Source: a virus | Virus record (IMG/VR): IMGVR_UViG_3300032893_000021 | Coordinates: 25,287 to 89,286 of that record | Length of the DNA: 64,000 nt | Reading direction: 5' to 3' (one strand) | Shown here: positions 54,117 through 62,662 of the stretch, piece after piece | Position numbering within the stretch: the first letter of the stretch is position 1 | Layout of the letters: each line of letters begins with the position of its first letter | Translations under genes and position numbers: made by a program | The notes under the pieces: generated by a model | Database searches by the model: none | Seen by the model: the letters and a program-made list of their open reading frames with translations, nothing else | Told to the model about the DNA's origin: nothing

Positions 54117-54731
54117 ATGGGCGAGACGATGATGGTCCGGGCGGGGGTCCCGGAGGGCGACGCGGTGATCGTCGTGGCGGACTCGAGGAGGGCCGAGGTC
54201 TACGTCGCCCTCGCCTACGGCGGCACGACGCTGGAGCCCGGCAACCCGGTTGGAGACGTCGAGCTGCCGATCGGCGGCTGGCGGGTCTGGAACGTCAAGA
54301 GCGTCCCGGATCCGCGGGCCCGCTTCGTCAACGGGGGCGAGCACCGGCCGGTGTGCGACGTGATCGTCGTGTCCCGGAAGCCGTGGACCGTCCTCGGGAT
54401 GATCCGGCGCGAGCAGTGGGCGTACGGCGTCCCGGTCGTCCCCGGCCGCCGCGCCCAGGCGTGCTGGAACGTCCCGAGGGCAGCGGTCCTGCCAGCCCCG
54501 CCGCGGCGGATGGTGGTCGGCTACGACGACCCGGCGCTCTACGAGATGACGTGGGACGACCTGCTCCACGCGGACTGGAACGACCGGGGGCGGCGCCGCC
54601 GGGCCCGCGAGACCGAGGGGCAGCCGGAGCCGCTGCCCGGCATCGGCGAGCGCCAGGCCCACCCGACCGGGCTCGCCCTGCGCAGCGGGCACGCGCCCGG
54701 CAAGGACAACTGGAGGCGGCGCAGGCCGTAA
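54117..54731 (+). CDS. hypothetical protein
   Basis: AGGAGG SD; 204-aa ORF. Confidence 0.6.
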   Translation: MGETMMVRAGVPEGDAVIVVADSRRAEVYVALAYGGTTLEPGNPVGDVELPIGGWRVWNVKSVPDPRARFVNGGEHRPVCDVIVVSRKPWTVLGMIRREQWAYGVPVVPGRRAQACWNVPRAAVLPAPPRRMVVGYDDPALYEMTWDDLLHADWNDRGRRRRARETEGQPEPLPGIGERQAHPTGLALRSGHAPGKDNWRRRRP

Positions 54732-54734
54732 TAC

Positions 54735-54768
54735 CCCCCTTTACAACTTCTGGGCCCGAGGGTATGCT
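54735..54768 (+). promoter_or_regulatory. early promoter
   Basis: CCCCC-TTTACA-N17-TATGCT. Confidence 0.8.
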
Positions 54769-54823
54769 CGGGGCGTGGGCCGGGGCCCCCGCCCGGGGGC
54801 CGGGCCCCGAGGAGGGCAGCGAG

Positions 54824-55123
54824 ATGATGGCGTACACCCCCGTGGACGGGGTCTTCGTCAGCAGGCCGCCCTGCGCCCGATGCGGCGCGGCGGCGCGCCT
54901 CCACATGCTGAGCCGCAGCGGCGAGCTCGGCCCCTGCCCGACCGCGTGGCGGCCCGGGACGGCGGCCGAGGCCGAGGCGGAGCTCCGGTCCGCCCTGGCC
55001 TCGGGCGACGAGGCCAGGGTCTTCGCGGCCCGCGGCAACCTCCAGCGCCTGACCGGGCGCTGCATCGAGTGCGGCCTGCCGCGCGCGGCCGGGGAGGCGT
55101 GCTCGTGCCCTCCGACGCGATGA
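54824..55123 (+). CDS. small Zn-finger hypothetical protein
   Basis: GAGGAGG SD; CARC...H..C, CIEC. Confidence 0.55.
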   Translation: MMAYTPVDGVFVSRPPCARCGAAARLHMLSRSGELGPCPTAWRPGTAAEAEAELRSALASGDEARVFAARGNLQRLTGRCIECGLPRAAGEACSCPPTR

Positions 55124-55341
55124 CGGCCTACCTCGACGAGCACCCCGAGTACCGCCTCTGCGACGAGTGCCGCCACGCCGCGGACGCCCATCTCCTGGCA
55201 TGGGACTACATGCCGGGCAGCCCGGCGCGGGCCTACGTGTTCGAGCACGCGACCTGCTGGGCGGAGGACATCTGCCCCGAGTGCGACCCCGAGGCGCACG
55301 CGGCCGCGCTGGCCCTCGCCCCGGCGCCCCCGCTGGCGTAG
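55120..55341 (+). CDS. small Zn-binding hypothetical protein
   Basis: ATGA overlap; CDEC..H, CPEC. Confidence 0.55.
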   Translation: MTAYLDEHPEYRLCDECRHAADAHLLAWDYMPGSPARAYVFEHATCWAEDICPECDPEAHAAALALAPAPPLA

Positions 55342-55510
55342 ACTGGGCGGCGGACGGCGTCGCGCTCACGGCACCGAACGCCGGGAATGGCACAGGTGCC
55401 GACCGGAGAGCGCGCCGGGTGCCGGTCCGGGGTATCCCATCCCCCGCCCGGCTGAACAACCCGGCGCGCGGTGACACGGCCTAACCGGCGCGGCCCGGCC
55501 GCCGTCCTAA

Positions 55511-55545
55511 CCCCCCTTTACACGCGGGCGGCGTCCGCGTATGAT
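55511..55545 (+). promoter_or_regulatory. early promoter
   Basis: CCCCCC-TTTACA-N17-TATGAT. Confidence 0.8.
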
Positions 55546-55583
55546 GTCCATGGCGGGCGAAGGGCCCGCAAGGAGGCAGCGAG

Positions 55584-56327
55584 ATGGGAGTCACCAACGT
55601 CCTCGAGCTGGCAAGCGAGTACGACCTCGCGGCCGCCGACGGATCTCGCGACAGCGTCACGGAGTTCTACTCCTACCGTCCACGGACGGTCACGCTGGGC
55701 GGGACGGCCTACCGGACGTCCCAGGACGTCCTCGACCGCGTGGCGGCCGGGGAGGCGCGCTTCGCCGAGTACGGCGGGCGCTGGCACCTCGTCGAGTACG
55801 AGGGCGCCACGCTCGGCCCGGCGAGCATCCAGGTCATGTCGGACGTCTGGGAGGCCGGGGCGCGGGTCTGGGACGGCAAGCGGGTCCGCGAGGTCCTCGG
55901 CGGCTGCGCGGAGGACGCGACGCCGGAGGTCCTGGCGGCCGTCCGGGCCGTCTCGGCGGAGGCCGAGTACCGGGCCGCGCGGGCGGCCGAGGAGCGGGCC
56001 TGGCTGGCCGACGCGCAGGAGGCCTCGTCCCGGACGCGCCCGGGGGCCCGGGTCCGCGTCGCCAGGGGGCGCAAGGTCCCGATCGGGACGGAGGGCGAGG
56101 TCTTCTGGACGGGCGAGGGCTACCTCGGGCGCGGGACCCGGGTCGGGCTCCGCGACGCCGGGGGCGGGGTCCACTGGACGGACGCCGGGAACCTCGACCC
56201 GATCGTCGACCCGGACGACATCCCGGCGCTCTCGGAGTACCGGGCCCCGGAGGCCGACCTCCGCGCTGCGGCGGCCGAGCGGGCCGCCCGGTCCTGGCCC
56301 GCGCCCCGGGCGGCGGCCGCCGCATGA
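55584..56327 (+). CDS. phage hypothetical protein with SH3/KOW-like C-terminal domain
   Basis: AAGGAGG SD; GARVRVARGRKVPIGTEGEVFW...RVGL...W. Confidence 0.7.
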   Translation: MGVTNVLELASEYDLAAADGSRDSVTEFYSYRPRTVTLGGTAYRTSQDVLDRVAAGEARFAEYGGRWHLVEYEGATLGPASIQVMSDVWEAGARVWDGKRVREVLGGCAEDATPEVLAAVRAVSAEAEYRAARAAEERAWLADAQEASSRTRPGARVRVARGRKVPIGTEGEVFWTGEGYLGRGTRVGLRDAGGGVHWTDAGNLDPIVDPDDIPALSEYRAPEADLRAAAAERAARSWPAPRAAAAA

Positions 56328-56533
56328 GCGGCAAGCCCGCCGGTCACGAGGCGTACCGCTCAGTCGCGGCCGAGATGTACGAGCCGGGCGAGACCGGCTA
56401 CAGGAAGCCGGGCGAGGTCCTCGCGGACCTCGAGCCGTCAGTCGTCGAGGAGGCGAAGTCGTACGCCAAGCGAGCCCACAAGCGATGGCCGCCGCGCCCC
56501 GAGTGCGACGTCCCGATGCTCCGCACGTTCTAG
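56324..56533 (+). CDS. small hypothetical protein
   Basis: ATGA overlap; plausible codon usage. Confidence 0.5.
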   Translation: MSGKPAGHEAYRSVAAEMYEPGETGYRKPGEVLADLEPSVVEEAKSYAKRAHKRWPPRPECDVPMLRTF

Positions 56534-56537
56534 GGCG

Positions 56538-56945
56538 GTGGCGCGCCGCCGCGGGCTGCCGCTGACGCCCGACGAGTACCGCCGGGCCGTCGCGGGGGCC
56601 GAGTCCGAGGACGACCTGCTGACCGACGTCCTCGGCCTGCTGCGCTCGCTCGGCTGGCGCGCGGTCCACTACCGCAACTCGCGGGCCGCCGTGACGCAGG
56701 GCGACCGCGGCCTGCCCGACGTGACCGCCGCTGGCCACGGGCGCGTCCTGTACGCGGAGCTCAAGCGCGAGGGGGAGCAGCCGACCAGGGACCAGATGGC
56801 GTGGCTCGACGCGCTCTCGCAGGGCGGGGCGGAGTGCTACGTGTGGCGACCGTCCGACTGGCTCGACGGCAGCATCGAGAGGATCGTCGCGGCTGGACCG
56901 TCGTCGGCCGAGCCGTCAAGGTGGGGGGAGAGGGAGGAGAGATGA
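56538..56945 (+). CDS. VRR-NUC domain nuclease
   Basis: SE..L, GW..H, GLPD, AELK...PTRDQ..W, VWRPSDW. Confidence 0.85.
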   Translation: MARRRGLPLTPDEYRRAVAGAESEDDLLTDVLGLLRSLGWRAVHYRNSRAAVTQGDRGLPDVTAAGHGRVLYAELKREGEQPTRDQMAWLDALSQGGAECYVWRPSDWLDGSIERIVAAGPSSAEPSRWGEREER

Positions 56946-57262
56946 AGGGCGACATGGTCCGCGTCTACACGCGGGCGGGCTCGTCGGCGTCCGTGACGGC
57001 GGCGGCCCAGGGGCGCTCGGTCGCCGAGAGGCACCGCGGCCCTTGGCTGGACTTCGACGAGGTGACGAGGTCTGGATCCCCGACCGGAGTCCGCATCAGG
57101 GTCCGGGTCGAGGACCTGGCGATGATCGAGGAGGTGCGTCGTGACGATGACGGGAAGAGGCCCGCGTCCGGGCCCGGACCCACTCGCCCCCGCGTTCGGG
57201 CCGCGCGCGGGGGTAAGGCTCCCGCCGAAGCCCCGTCGCCGGACGCTGCGGCGCCCGAGTGA
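56942..57262 (+). CDS. hypothetical protein
   Basis: GGAGGAG SD; ATGA overlap. Confidence 0.5.
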   Translation: MKGDMVRVYTRAGSSASVTAAAQGRSVAERHRGPWLDFDEVTRSGSPTGVRIRVRVEDLAMIEEVRRDDDGKRPASGPGPTRPRVRAARGGKAPAEAPSPDAAAPE

Positions 57263-57263
57263 C

Positions 57264-57512
57264 CTGACCGCGTTCGTCCACTGGGCCCGCTGGTCCAGGG
57301 ACGAGCCGCGCTTCCGGGGCTCGCTCGACGCGCTCGACCCGGGCCCCGGCGCGCCGGTCGCCGCGCTCGCGCGGTCCATCTCGGCGTCCTCCGGCCCGCT
57401 CGACGACGTCCCGGCGTACCGGCAGGTCGAGCCGGAGTGGGCGCGCCCGATCGTCGCGCTGTACGCGCTCAAGGCAGTCTGGGACGTCTACGTCCGGGAG
57501 CCCCGGCTGTGA
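57264..57512 (+). CDS. hypothetical protein (start uncertain: CTG 57264 or GTG 57141)
   Basis: Coding-like frame filling the gap between neighbours. Confidence 0.35.
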   Translation: MTAFVHWARWSRDEPRFRGSLDALDPGPGAPVAALARSISASSGPLDDVPAYRQVEPEWARPIVALYALKAVWDVYVREPRL

Positions 57513-58099
57513 GGCGCGCGATGGCCCCGCTCGCGCTCGCCGCGACGATGGCCGCCGCCACGCTGCTGGCCGGGATCGCGCCGCGCGCGTCGGCGGTGCG
57601 CGAGTCCGCCTGGTCGCCGGAGCCCCCGGCGCTGTTCTCCCCAGTCCCCTCCCCGCCCGCCTCCCAGCCGACACCGGCCCTGGCGAGGCGGCCCACGGAG
57701 CCGACCGATGCCCCACCAGCCGCACCATCGACGAGTCCTGTGCCACCTCGCGTCCGGCAAGCCCCTGGTCCTGCTCACCCCCCGCTCCCCCGGCAAGTCG
57801 CACCGCGTCCTCGCCCTGCTCTGGGCGGCGGCCCTGTCCGAGGCGTCGCGACGTGGTACTGCGAGCCCGGCGTCTCAGTCTGCACCGCCGGGTACGACTG
57901 GCGGGGGGCCTACGGTGCCGCCGGGCCCGCCCTCCGGGCCGCCCTCGGGCCCCGATGGCGCGGACGGACCGTCTACGTGAACGGCGTCGCGGTCCGGCTC
58001 GTCGACTGGTGCGCGTGCGGGGGCGGCCACGTGATCGACGTCTACCACGCTACGTGGCTCCTGATCCCGCACCCCTCCGAGGCGGTGGTGACGTGGTGA
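57509..58099 (+). CDS. secreted RlpA-like double-psi beta-barrel protein
   Basis: Signal-peptide-like N-terminus, Pro-rich linker, GVATWYC...AAGPALR...WRGRTV.V...V.LVDWC.C...VID. Confidence 0.7.
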   Translation: MRRAMAPLALAATMAAATLLAGIAPRASAVRESAWSPEPPALFSPVPSPPASQPTPALARRPTEPTDAPPAAPSTSPVPPRVRQAPGPAHPPLPRQVAPRPRPALGGGPVRGVATWYCEPGVSVCTAGYDWRGAYGAAGPALRAALGPRWRGRTVYVNGVAVRLVDWCACGGGHVIDVYHATWLLIPHPSEAVVTW

Positions 58100-58488
58100 G
58101 CCTGTTCCGCCGCAAGCGCCGCCCGGTCCGAGTCGGCGTGAGCACGCCCCCGGGCCGCCCGCGCTACCTGCCCGGCGACTTCGCGTTTGGGCGCGGGTAC
58201 GACCCCGCGGTCGCGGAGGCCCGCATCCGGCGCGAGCAGGGCGCGGCGCGCGAGATCGCCGAGCGGTACGTCTGCCGCCACGTCGACGACAAGACGGGCG
58301 TCCACGAGGGGTGGCACGAGCTGCTCCACGACCTGATCTGGGCGGGGGCGCCGCGGTCGCTGCAGGACAAGGCGACGAAGCGCGTCCGCGACATCGAGCG
58401 CGACGCGATCGCGTGCTTCATCCAGAGCCAGTGGCAGGACGGCTGGGCGCCGGTCCTGCCCGAGGAGGAGAGTCATGTCCGCGAATAA
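58096..58488 (+). CDS. hypothetical protein
   Basis: GTGA overlap within operon. Confidence 0.5.
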   Translation: MSLFRRKRRPVRVGVSTPPGRPRYLPGDFAFGRGYDPAVAEARIRREQGAAREIAERYVCRHVDDKTGVHEGWHELLHDLIWAGAPRSLQDKATKRVRDIERDAIACFIQSQWQDGWAPVLPEEESHVRE

Positions 58489-58801
58489 CTGGGCCGTGTG
58501 CCCCCGTTGCCGCGCGCGCGCCGAGGACGAGAAGGCGGGCCAGCAGGCAGCCGTCGCGGAGGCGTACGGCAAGGTGCCAGTGGAGGAGTTCGACGCGCTC
58601 CGGGCCGAGGCGTCCAAGACGGTCGACCTAGAGGGGCTGCGGACGTTCCGCGAGGACTGGGATCTCGGCGTGTTCACCGGGGGCGACGACGTCGAGGTCC
58701 ACTACACGGGCGGCTGCACAGTCTGCGGCCTCAAGGCGAAGGTCGATACCCGCCACCCGCTGATCGACGAGTTCGGGAAGGCCTGGGCCCCCGGTGCCTA
58801 G
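58475..58801 (+). CDS. conserved phage Zn-binding hypothetical protein
   Basis: MSANNWAVCPRC...YGKVP..E...TFRED...Y.G.C..CG. Confidence 0.7.
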   Translation: MSANNWAVCPRCRARAEDEKAGQQAAVAEAYGKVPVEEFDALRAEASKTVDLEGLRTFREDWDLGVFTGGDDVEVHYTGGCTVCGLKAKVDTRHPLIDEFGKAWAPGA

Positions 58802-59237
58802 AGACGACGGCGCCGACCCCGGCGCGATCCTCTCCGCCGACGACTGGGCCGGGGTCTGGTTCCGCGAGCGCACCGGCCCGAGGCCGAAGCAGCGCCCGCC
58901 CCGCGTAGAGGTCGGGCCGTGGCACCGGGTCACGGGCATCGAGGACGGATTCCGGCGGCCCGTCGCGGCGTGCCTCGGACCGGCGCGCTCCAGGACGTGG
59001 CCGAGCGGTGGCCTAAGGTGGGAGGTCGCCCGGCCGCTCGCGGCGTGGTACGGCGACACGCCCGACCACTACCTCCCGGGCGCGGTCTGCCCACGCTGCC
59101 TCGCGGCCGCCCCCGACGTGGAGAGGGAGGTCGCCGTGGCCGAGGTCGTCGTCGACCCGCTCGACGCGCTCGTGGACCGCGTCCTCGACCGGATGCGCGA
59201 GCGCGCCGAGGCGAAGATCGGGGGCCGCCGTGGCTAG
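58794..59237 (+). CDS. hypothetical protein
   Basis: Overlaps upstream gene; WH...C...CPRC. Confidence 0.5.
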   Translation: MPRDDGADPGAILSADDWAGVWFRERTGPRPKQRPPRVEVGPWHRVTGIEDGFRRPVAACLGPARSRTWPSGGLRWEVARPLAAWYGDTPDHYLPGAVCPRCLAAAPDVEREVAVAEVVVDPLDALVDRVLDRMRERAEAKIGGRRG

Positions 59238-59247
59238 CCGCATCCAT

Positions 59248-59757
59248 CTAGGCACCGCGCTCCTCGACGTATCGGACGGCGGCCCGGAGTCGCTCGACGT
59301 CGTCGCCGAACGATCCGAGGCCCATATTGCAGGTATTGCAGAGGGTCCCGCGATAGAGCCCCGTCTTGTGACTATGATCCCAGCGGAGCCCTTCGGTCGC
59401 GCCGCATATCTCGCAGGCATCCGTCATCCCCGCACGCTTCCCGGCCCGGTAGGCGCGCTTGTACAGACGACCGCGCTCGGCGCTGTCCGGGTCGACGCAG
59501 CGCCAGCCGGAAGTCCCTTCGCCGCGTCGGCCGCGCCGACGGATACGCGTAGGGCCGCACGTGGCACAAACCGCAGTCCGGGTAGCCGGGTCGTCCTGAC
59601 TAAGCCGGTGCTTCCACCGACGGGTCGGTGTGCCCGACTCCAGATCGCCGTGGCGCAGTTTCCGGTAGTAGCAGGCTACGCAGAAACCCCGGGCCCTAGT
59701 CGGCTTCCCGCATCCCGGTTCGGAGCAAATACCGCCGTCGAGTGGGGGTGTGTCCAT
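59248..59757 (-). CDS. endonuclease VII-family (His-Me finger) nuclease, inverted in the operon
   Basis: CEICG...L.WDHSHKTGLYRGTLCNTCNMGLGSFGDD..RLRAAVRY; locally more AT-rich. Confidence 0.85.
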   Translation of the reverse strand: MDTPPLDGGICSEPGCGKPTRARGFCVACYYRKLRHGDLESGTPTRRWKHRLSQDDPATRTAVCATCGPTRIRRRGRRGEGTSGWRCVDPDSAERGRLYKRAYRAGKRAGMTDACEICGATEGLRWDHSHKTGLYRGTLCNTCNMGLGSFGDDVERLRAAVRYVEERGA

Positions 59758-59782
59758 GTCGAGTAGTCTACCCGTTGTAAGC

Positions 59783-60277
59783 GTGCCGAAGCGTATTCAA
59801 AGGCAACGCACGAAGGGCTGGAGGCTTCCGGCGAATACCGTGATCGTCTCTCGACCGTCGCCGTGGGGCAACCCGTTCACGTGGGAGGGCGACCGGGCCG
59901 TCTGGTTCGCCCTCGCCGTCGGGGAGCGCGCCGACGAGGCGGGCCGCCGCGCGATGGCGGTCACGATGTTCCGCTGGTGGATCGCGGGGGCGCGGGCGGA
60001 GGACTTCCCGATCTCCGTCACGTGGCCGGAGCCGCGGGTCCCGGGGATGCCCAAGTCGGAGGTCGAGTTCAGCGACGGGACCCGGCGGCCGATCGCCGAC
60101 CTCGTCGCCGGTCTGGGGCTCGTGATCGCGCTCAAGGACCCGCTGGTCATCCCCCAGCGCCCCGACCTCGCGCCCCTCCGCGGCCGCGACCTCGCGTGCT
60201 GGTGCCCGCTCGACGCGCCGTGCCACGCCGACGTGCTGATCGAGTTGGCGAACGAGGACGGGAGGCAGGAAGGCTGA
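59783..60277 (+). CDS. DUF4326 family protein
   Basis: PKRIQRQRTKGWRLP...VSRPSPWGNPF...LRGRDLACWCPLDAPCHADVL. Confidence 0.9.
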   Translation: MPKRIQRQRTKGWRLPANTVIVSRPSPWGNPFTWEGDRAVWFALAVGERADEAGRRAMAVTMFRWWIAGARAEDFPISVTWPEPRVPGMPKSEVEFSDGTRRPIADLVAGLGLVIALKDPLVIPQRPDLAPLRGRDLACWCPLDAPCHADVLIELANEDGRQEG

Positions 60278-61149
60278 TGGGCACCAAGATCGAGTGGGCC
60301 GACGAGGTGTGGAACCCCGTCACCGGGTGCTCGAAGGTGAGCCCGGGCTGCGCGCACTGCTACGCCGAGCGCCTCGCGACGACGCGGCTCGTCGGCAAGC
60401 CGGGGTACACGGGCCTCCCGTGGACGCCGGAGAACGCCGCCGTCAACGTCGTGCTCAGGCCAGACCGGCTCGACCAGCCGCTCCGCTGGCGCAAGCCCTC
60501 GCGCGTGTTCGTCAACTCGATGTCGGACCTGTTCCACGAACTCGTGCCGTACCAGTACCTCGACCGCGTGTTCCTCACGATGGCGCTCGCCAGCCACCAC
60601 CGGTTCCTCGTGCTCACGAAGCGGCCGGAGCGGATGCGCGGCTACCTCTCCGACCCGGCCACGCTCGGGCGCCTGATGCTCCGGCTGGCCGAGGCGGCCC
60701 GGATGACCGGCATGGAGATGCGGTCGGAGTTCGCCGACGACGGGCTCGACGGCGTCCGCCTCCGGAACGTCTGGCTCGGCACGTCGGTCGAGAACCAGCA
60801 CTGGGCGGACGTCCGGCTCCCCCCGCTCCTCGACACCCCGGCGGCCGTCCGGTTCCTCTCGGTCGAGCCGCTGCTCGGGCCGATCGAGTTCTCGGACGCG
60901 ACCAACGCGCCGGACCTCCGGGAGCGGCTGGGCAGGCCAGCGCTGGAGGGGATCGACTGGATCATCGTCGGCGGCGAGTCCGGGCCGGGGCGCCGCGAGA
61001 TGGACCCGGCGTGGCTCGCGTCGATCGCCGCGCAGGCCGACGCCGCCGGGGTCGCGCTGTTCGTCAAGCAGGACTCGGGGCCGCGCTCCGGCCTCCGGGG
61101 CCGCATCCCGGACGCCCTCTGGGCGAGGAAGGAGTACCCCCGTGCCTAA
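60277..61149 (+). CDS. DUF5131 (phage Gp37/Gp68) family protein
   Basis: TKIEW...WNPVTGCSKVSPGCAHCYAE, FVNSMSDLFH, LTKRPE, SVEPLLGP, WIIVGGESG, FVKQ. Confidence 0.92.
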   Translation: MGTKIEWADEVWNPVTGCSKVSPGCAHCYAERLATTRLVGKPGYTGLPWTPENAAVNVVLRPDRLDQPLRWRKPSRVFVNSMSDLFHELVPYQYLDRVFLTMALASHHRFLVLTKRPERMRGYLSDPATLGRLMLRLAEAARMTGMEMRSEFADDGLDGVRLRNVWLGTSVENQHWADVRLPPLLDTPAAVRFLSVEPLLGPIEFSDATNAPDLRERLGRPALEGIDWIIVGGESGPGRREMDPAWLASIAAQADAAGVALFVKQDSGPRSGLRGRIPDALWARKEYPRA

Positions 61150-61300
61150 GACGATCGCCCAGCAGGAGGCGTGCGGCCACCGCGGCGCCCAGCCGACGGA
61201 CCGGGTCTGCGCGGAGTGCGGCGGCATCCTCCGGCGGTGCTGCCAGAGCACGGTCCTGACCAGCCACGTCGCCGGGTGCCCGGAGGTAGCGAAGCGGTGA
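61142..61300 (+). CDS. small Cys-rich protein
   Basis: AAGGAG SD; CAEC, CC, H..C; bridges neighbours by overlaps. Confidence 0.45.
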   Translation: MPKTIAQQEACGHRGAQPTDRVCAECGGILRRCCQSTVLTSHVAGCPEVAKR

Positions 61301-61620
61301 ACGAGTTGCAGCAGGCCGTCTGGAAGGCCGTCCACGACCTGACGTGCGACGAGGGCGGGCCCCACGAGTGGACCGCGCACCTCCCGTGGGACGGCCCCGA
61401 CGCCGAGCGGGACGCCGAGGCGTGGGCCGACGCGATCATCGCCGCGGTCCGGGGGCACGTCCCGGGACCGGCCCGAGAGGAGGAGTTCGAGCTGGCCCGC
61501 CGCAACCCGGCGAGCGGCGCGTGGGTCGCGACCCCCCTCCCCTCGGACGGGGCGATCACGATCACGCGCTGGCGGTTCCTCAAGGACGGCCGCCTGATGG
61601 TCACGAGGCGCGTCCCGTGA
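61297..61620 (+). CDS. hypothetical protein
   Basis: GGAGG SD; GTGA overlaps. Confidence 0.5.
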   Translation: MNELQQAVWKAVHDLTCDEGGPHEWTAHLPWDGPDAERDAEAWADAIIAAVRGHVPGPAREEEFELARRNPASGAWVATPLPSDGAITITRWRFLKDGRLMVTRRVP

Positions 61621-61970
61621 GCGAGCCGACGTTCGATGCGGACGGATACCCGACGGAGGCGACGCTCCGGGCGGTCCGGCGCTGGCCGGTCAAGACGCCC
61701 GACGACTGCACGGCGCTGCTCGCGTACGTCGGCCGGGCGTGGCACTGGCCCGACATGTTCCAGGCCGCCCCGAGGCTGAGCCGCCCGTTCCGCGGGTCGC
61801 GCACGCTGGAGCGCCGCTACCGGCTCGTGACCGGCGGCTGGTCGGGGAACGAGTCGCTGGTCGCGGCCCTGGACGGGAACCGGATGTTCACGATGCTCTG
61901 CTGGCGGGAGTCGCACCGGGGCGGCCTGCACGTCTACGCGGTCCCGGAGCGGATCGAGGAGCCGAGGTGA
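61617..61970 (+). CDS. conserved phage hypothetical protein
   Basis: DADGYPTE..L...W; TGGWSGNESLVAAL..N.MF...CW..S.RGG. Confidence 0.7.
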   Translation: MSEPTFDADGYPTEATLRAVRRWPVKTPDDCTALLAYVGRAWHWPDMFQAAPRLSRPFRGSRTLERRYRLVTGGWSGNESLVAALDGNRMFTMLCWRESHRGGLHVYAVPERIEEPR

Positions 61971-62377
61971 AGGCGCTGACCCTGACCCAGCCGTGGGCGT
62001 CGCTCGTGGTCCTCGGCGTCAAGCGCGTCGAGACTCGCTCGTGGCGGCCCCGCATCATCGCGGAGACGCGCATCGCGGTCCACGCAGCGAAGGGCTGGAC
62101 GGCGTACGACCGGGAGCTGGCGGCCGACCTGCACCTGCGCGGCGTCCTCCCGGTCCCCCCCGACTCCCTCCCACGCGGCGCCGTGATCGGGGAGGTCACG
62201 GTGACCGGGTGCCAACCGACCCAGGAGGCAGTCTGGAAGCTCGCGGCGCTGGAGTTCGAACTCGGCGACTACTCCTCGTTGCGCTGGGCGTGGCACCTCC
62301 GCGACCCGGCCGCCTACCCGGAGCCGGTCCCGGCCCGCGGGTCCCTCGGGCTCTGGGAGTGGGAGCCCGCTCCGTGA
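61967..62377 (+). CDS. ASCH domain protein
   Basis: KALTLTQPWASLV..G.KRVETRSW, IAVHAAK, P.GAVIG, PVPARGSLGLW. Confidence 0.9.
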   Translation: MKALTLTQPWASLVVLGVKRVETRSWRPRIIAETRIAVHAAKGWTAYDRELAADLHLRGVLPVPPDSLPRGAVIGEVTVTGCQPTQEAVWKLAALEFELGDYSSLRWAWHLRDPAAYPEPVPARGSLGLWEWEPAP

Positions 62378-62661
62378 CCGTCTACGTGGACGACATGCGC
62401 GCCCCGCTCGGGCGGATGGTCATGTGCCACATGATCGCGGACACGACCGGGGAGCTGCTGGCGATGGCCGACCGGATCGGGCTGAACCGGCTCTGGCTCC
62501 AGAAGGCCGGGACGCCGCACGAGCACTTCGACATCTCCCTGGCGAAGCGTCGCGCGGCGGTCGCCGCCGGTGCCCGCGAGGTGACGATGGACGAGCTCGG
62601 CGCGATCCTGCTCGCGCGGCGCCCCCGCTCTACCGCTGGCGGCCCGGGGGCCGTAGGATAG
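62374..62661 (+). CDS. DUF4031 family protein
   Basis: VYVDD...MCHMIADT..EL..MA.RIG...W.Q...HFDI...KR..AV..GA. Confidence 0.9.
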   Translation: MTVYVDDMRAPLGRMVMCHMIADTTGELLAMADRIGLNRLWLQKAGTPHEHFDISLAKRRAAVAAGAREVTMDELGAILLARRPRSTAGGPGAVG

Positions 62662-62662
62662 C

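Noticed and set aside
59248-59757. Self-splicing intron or intein carrying the endonuclease
   Set aside because: Flanking genes look complete and unrelated; no intron core or intein motifs were seen
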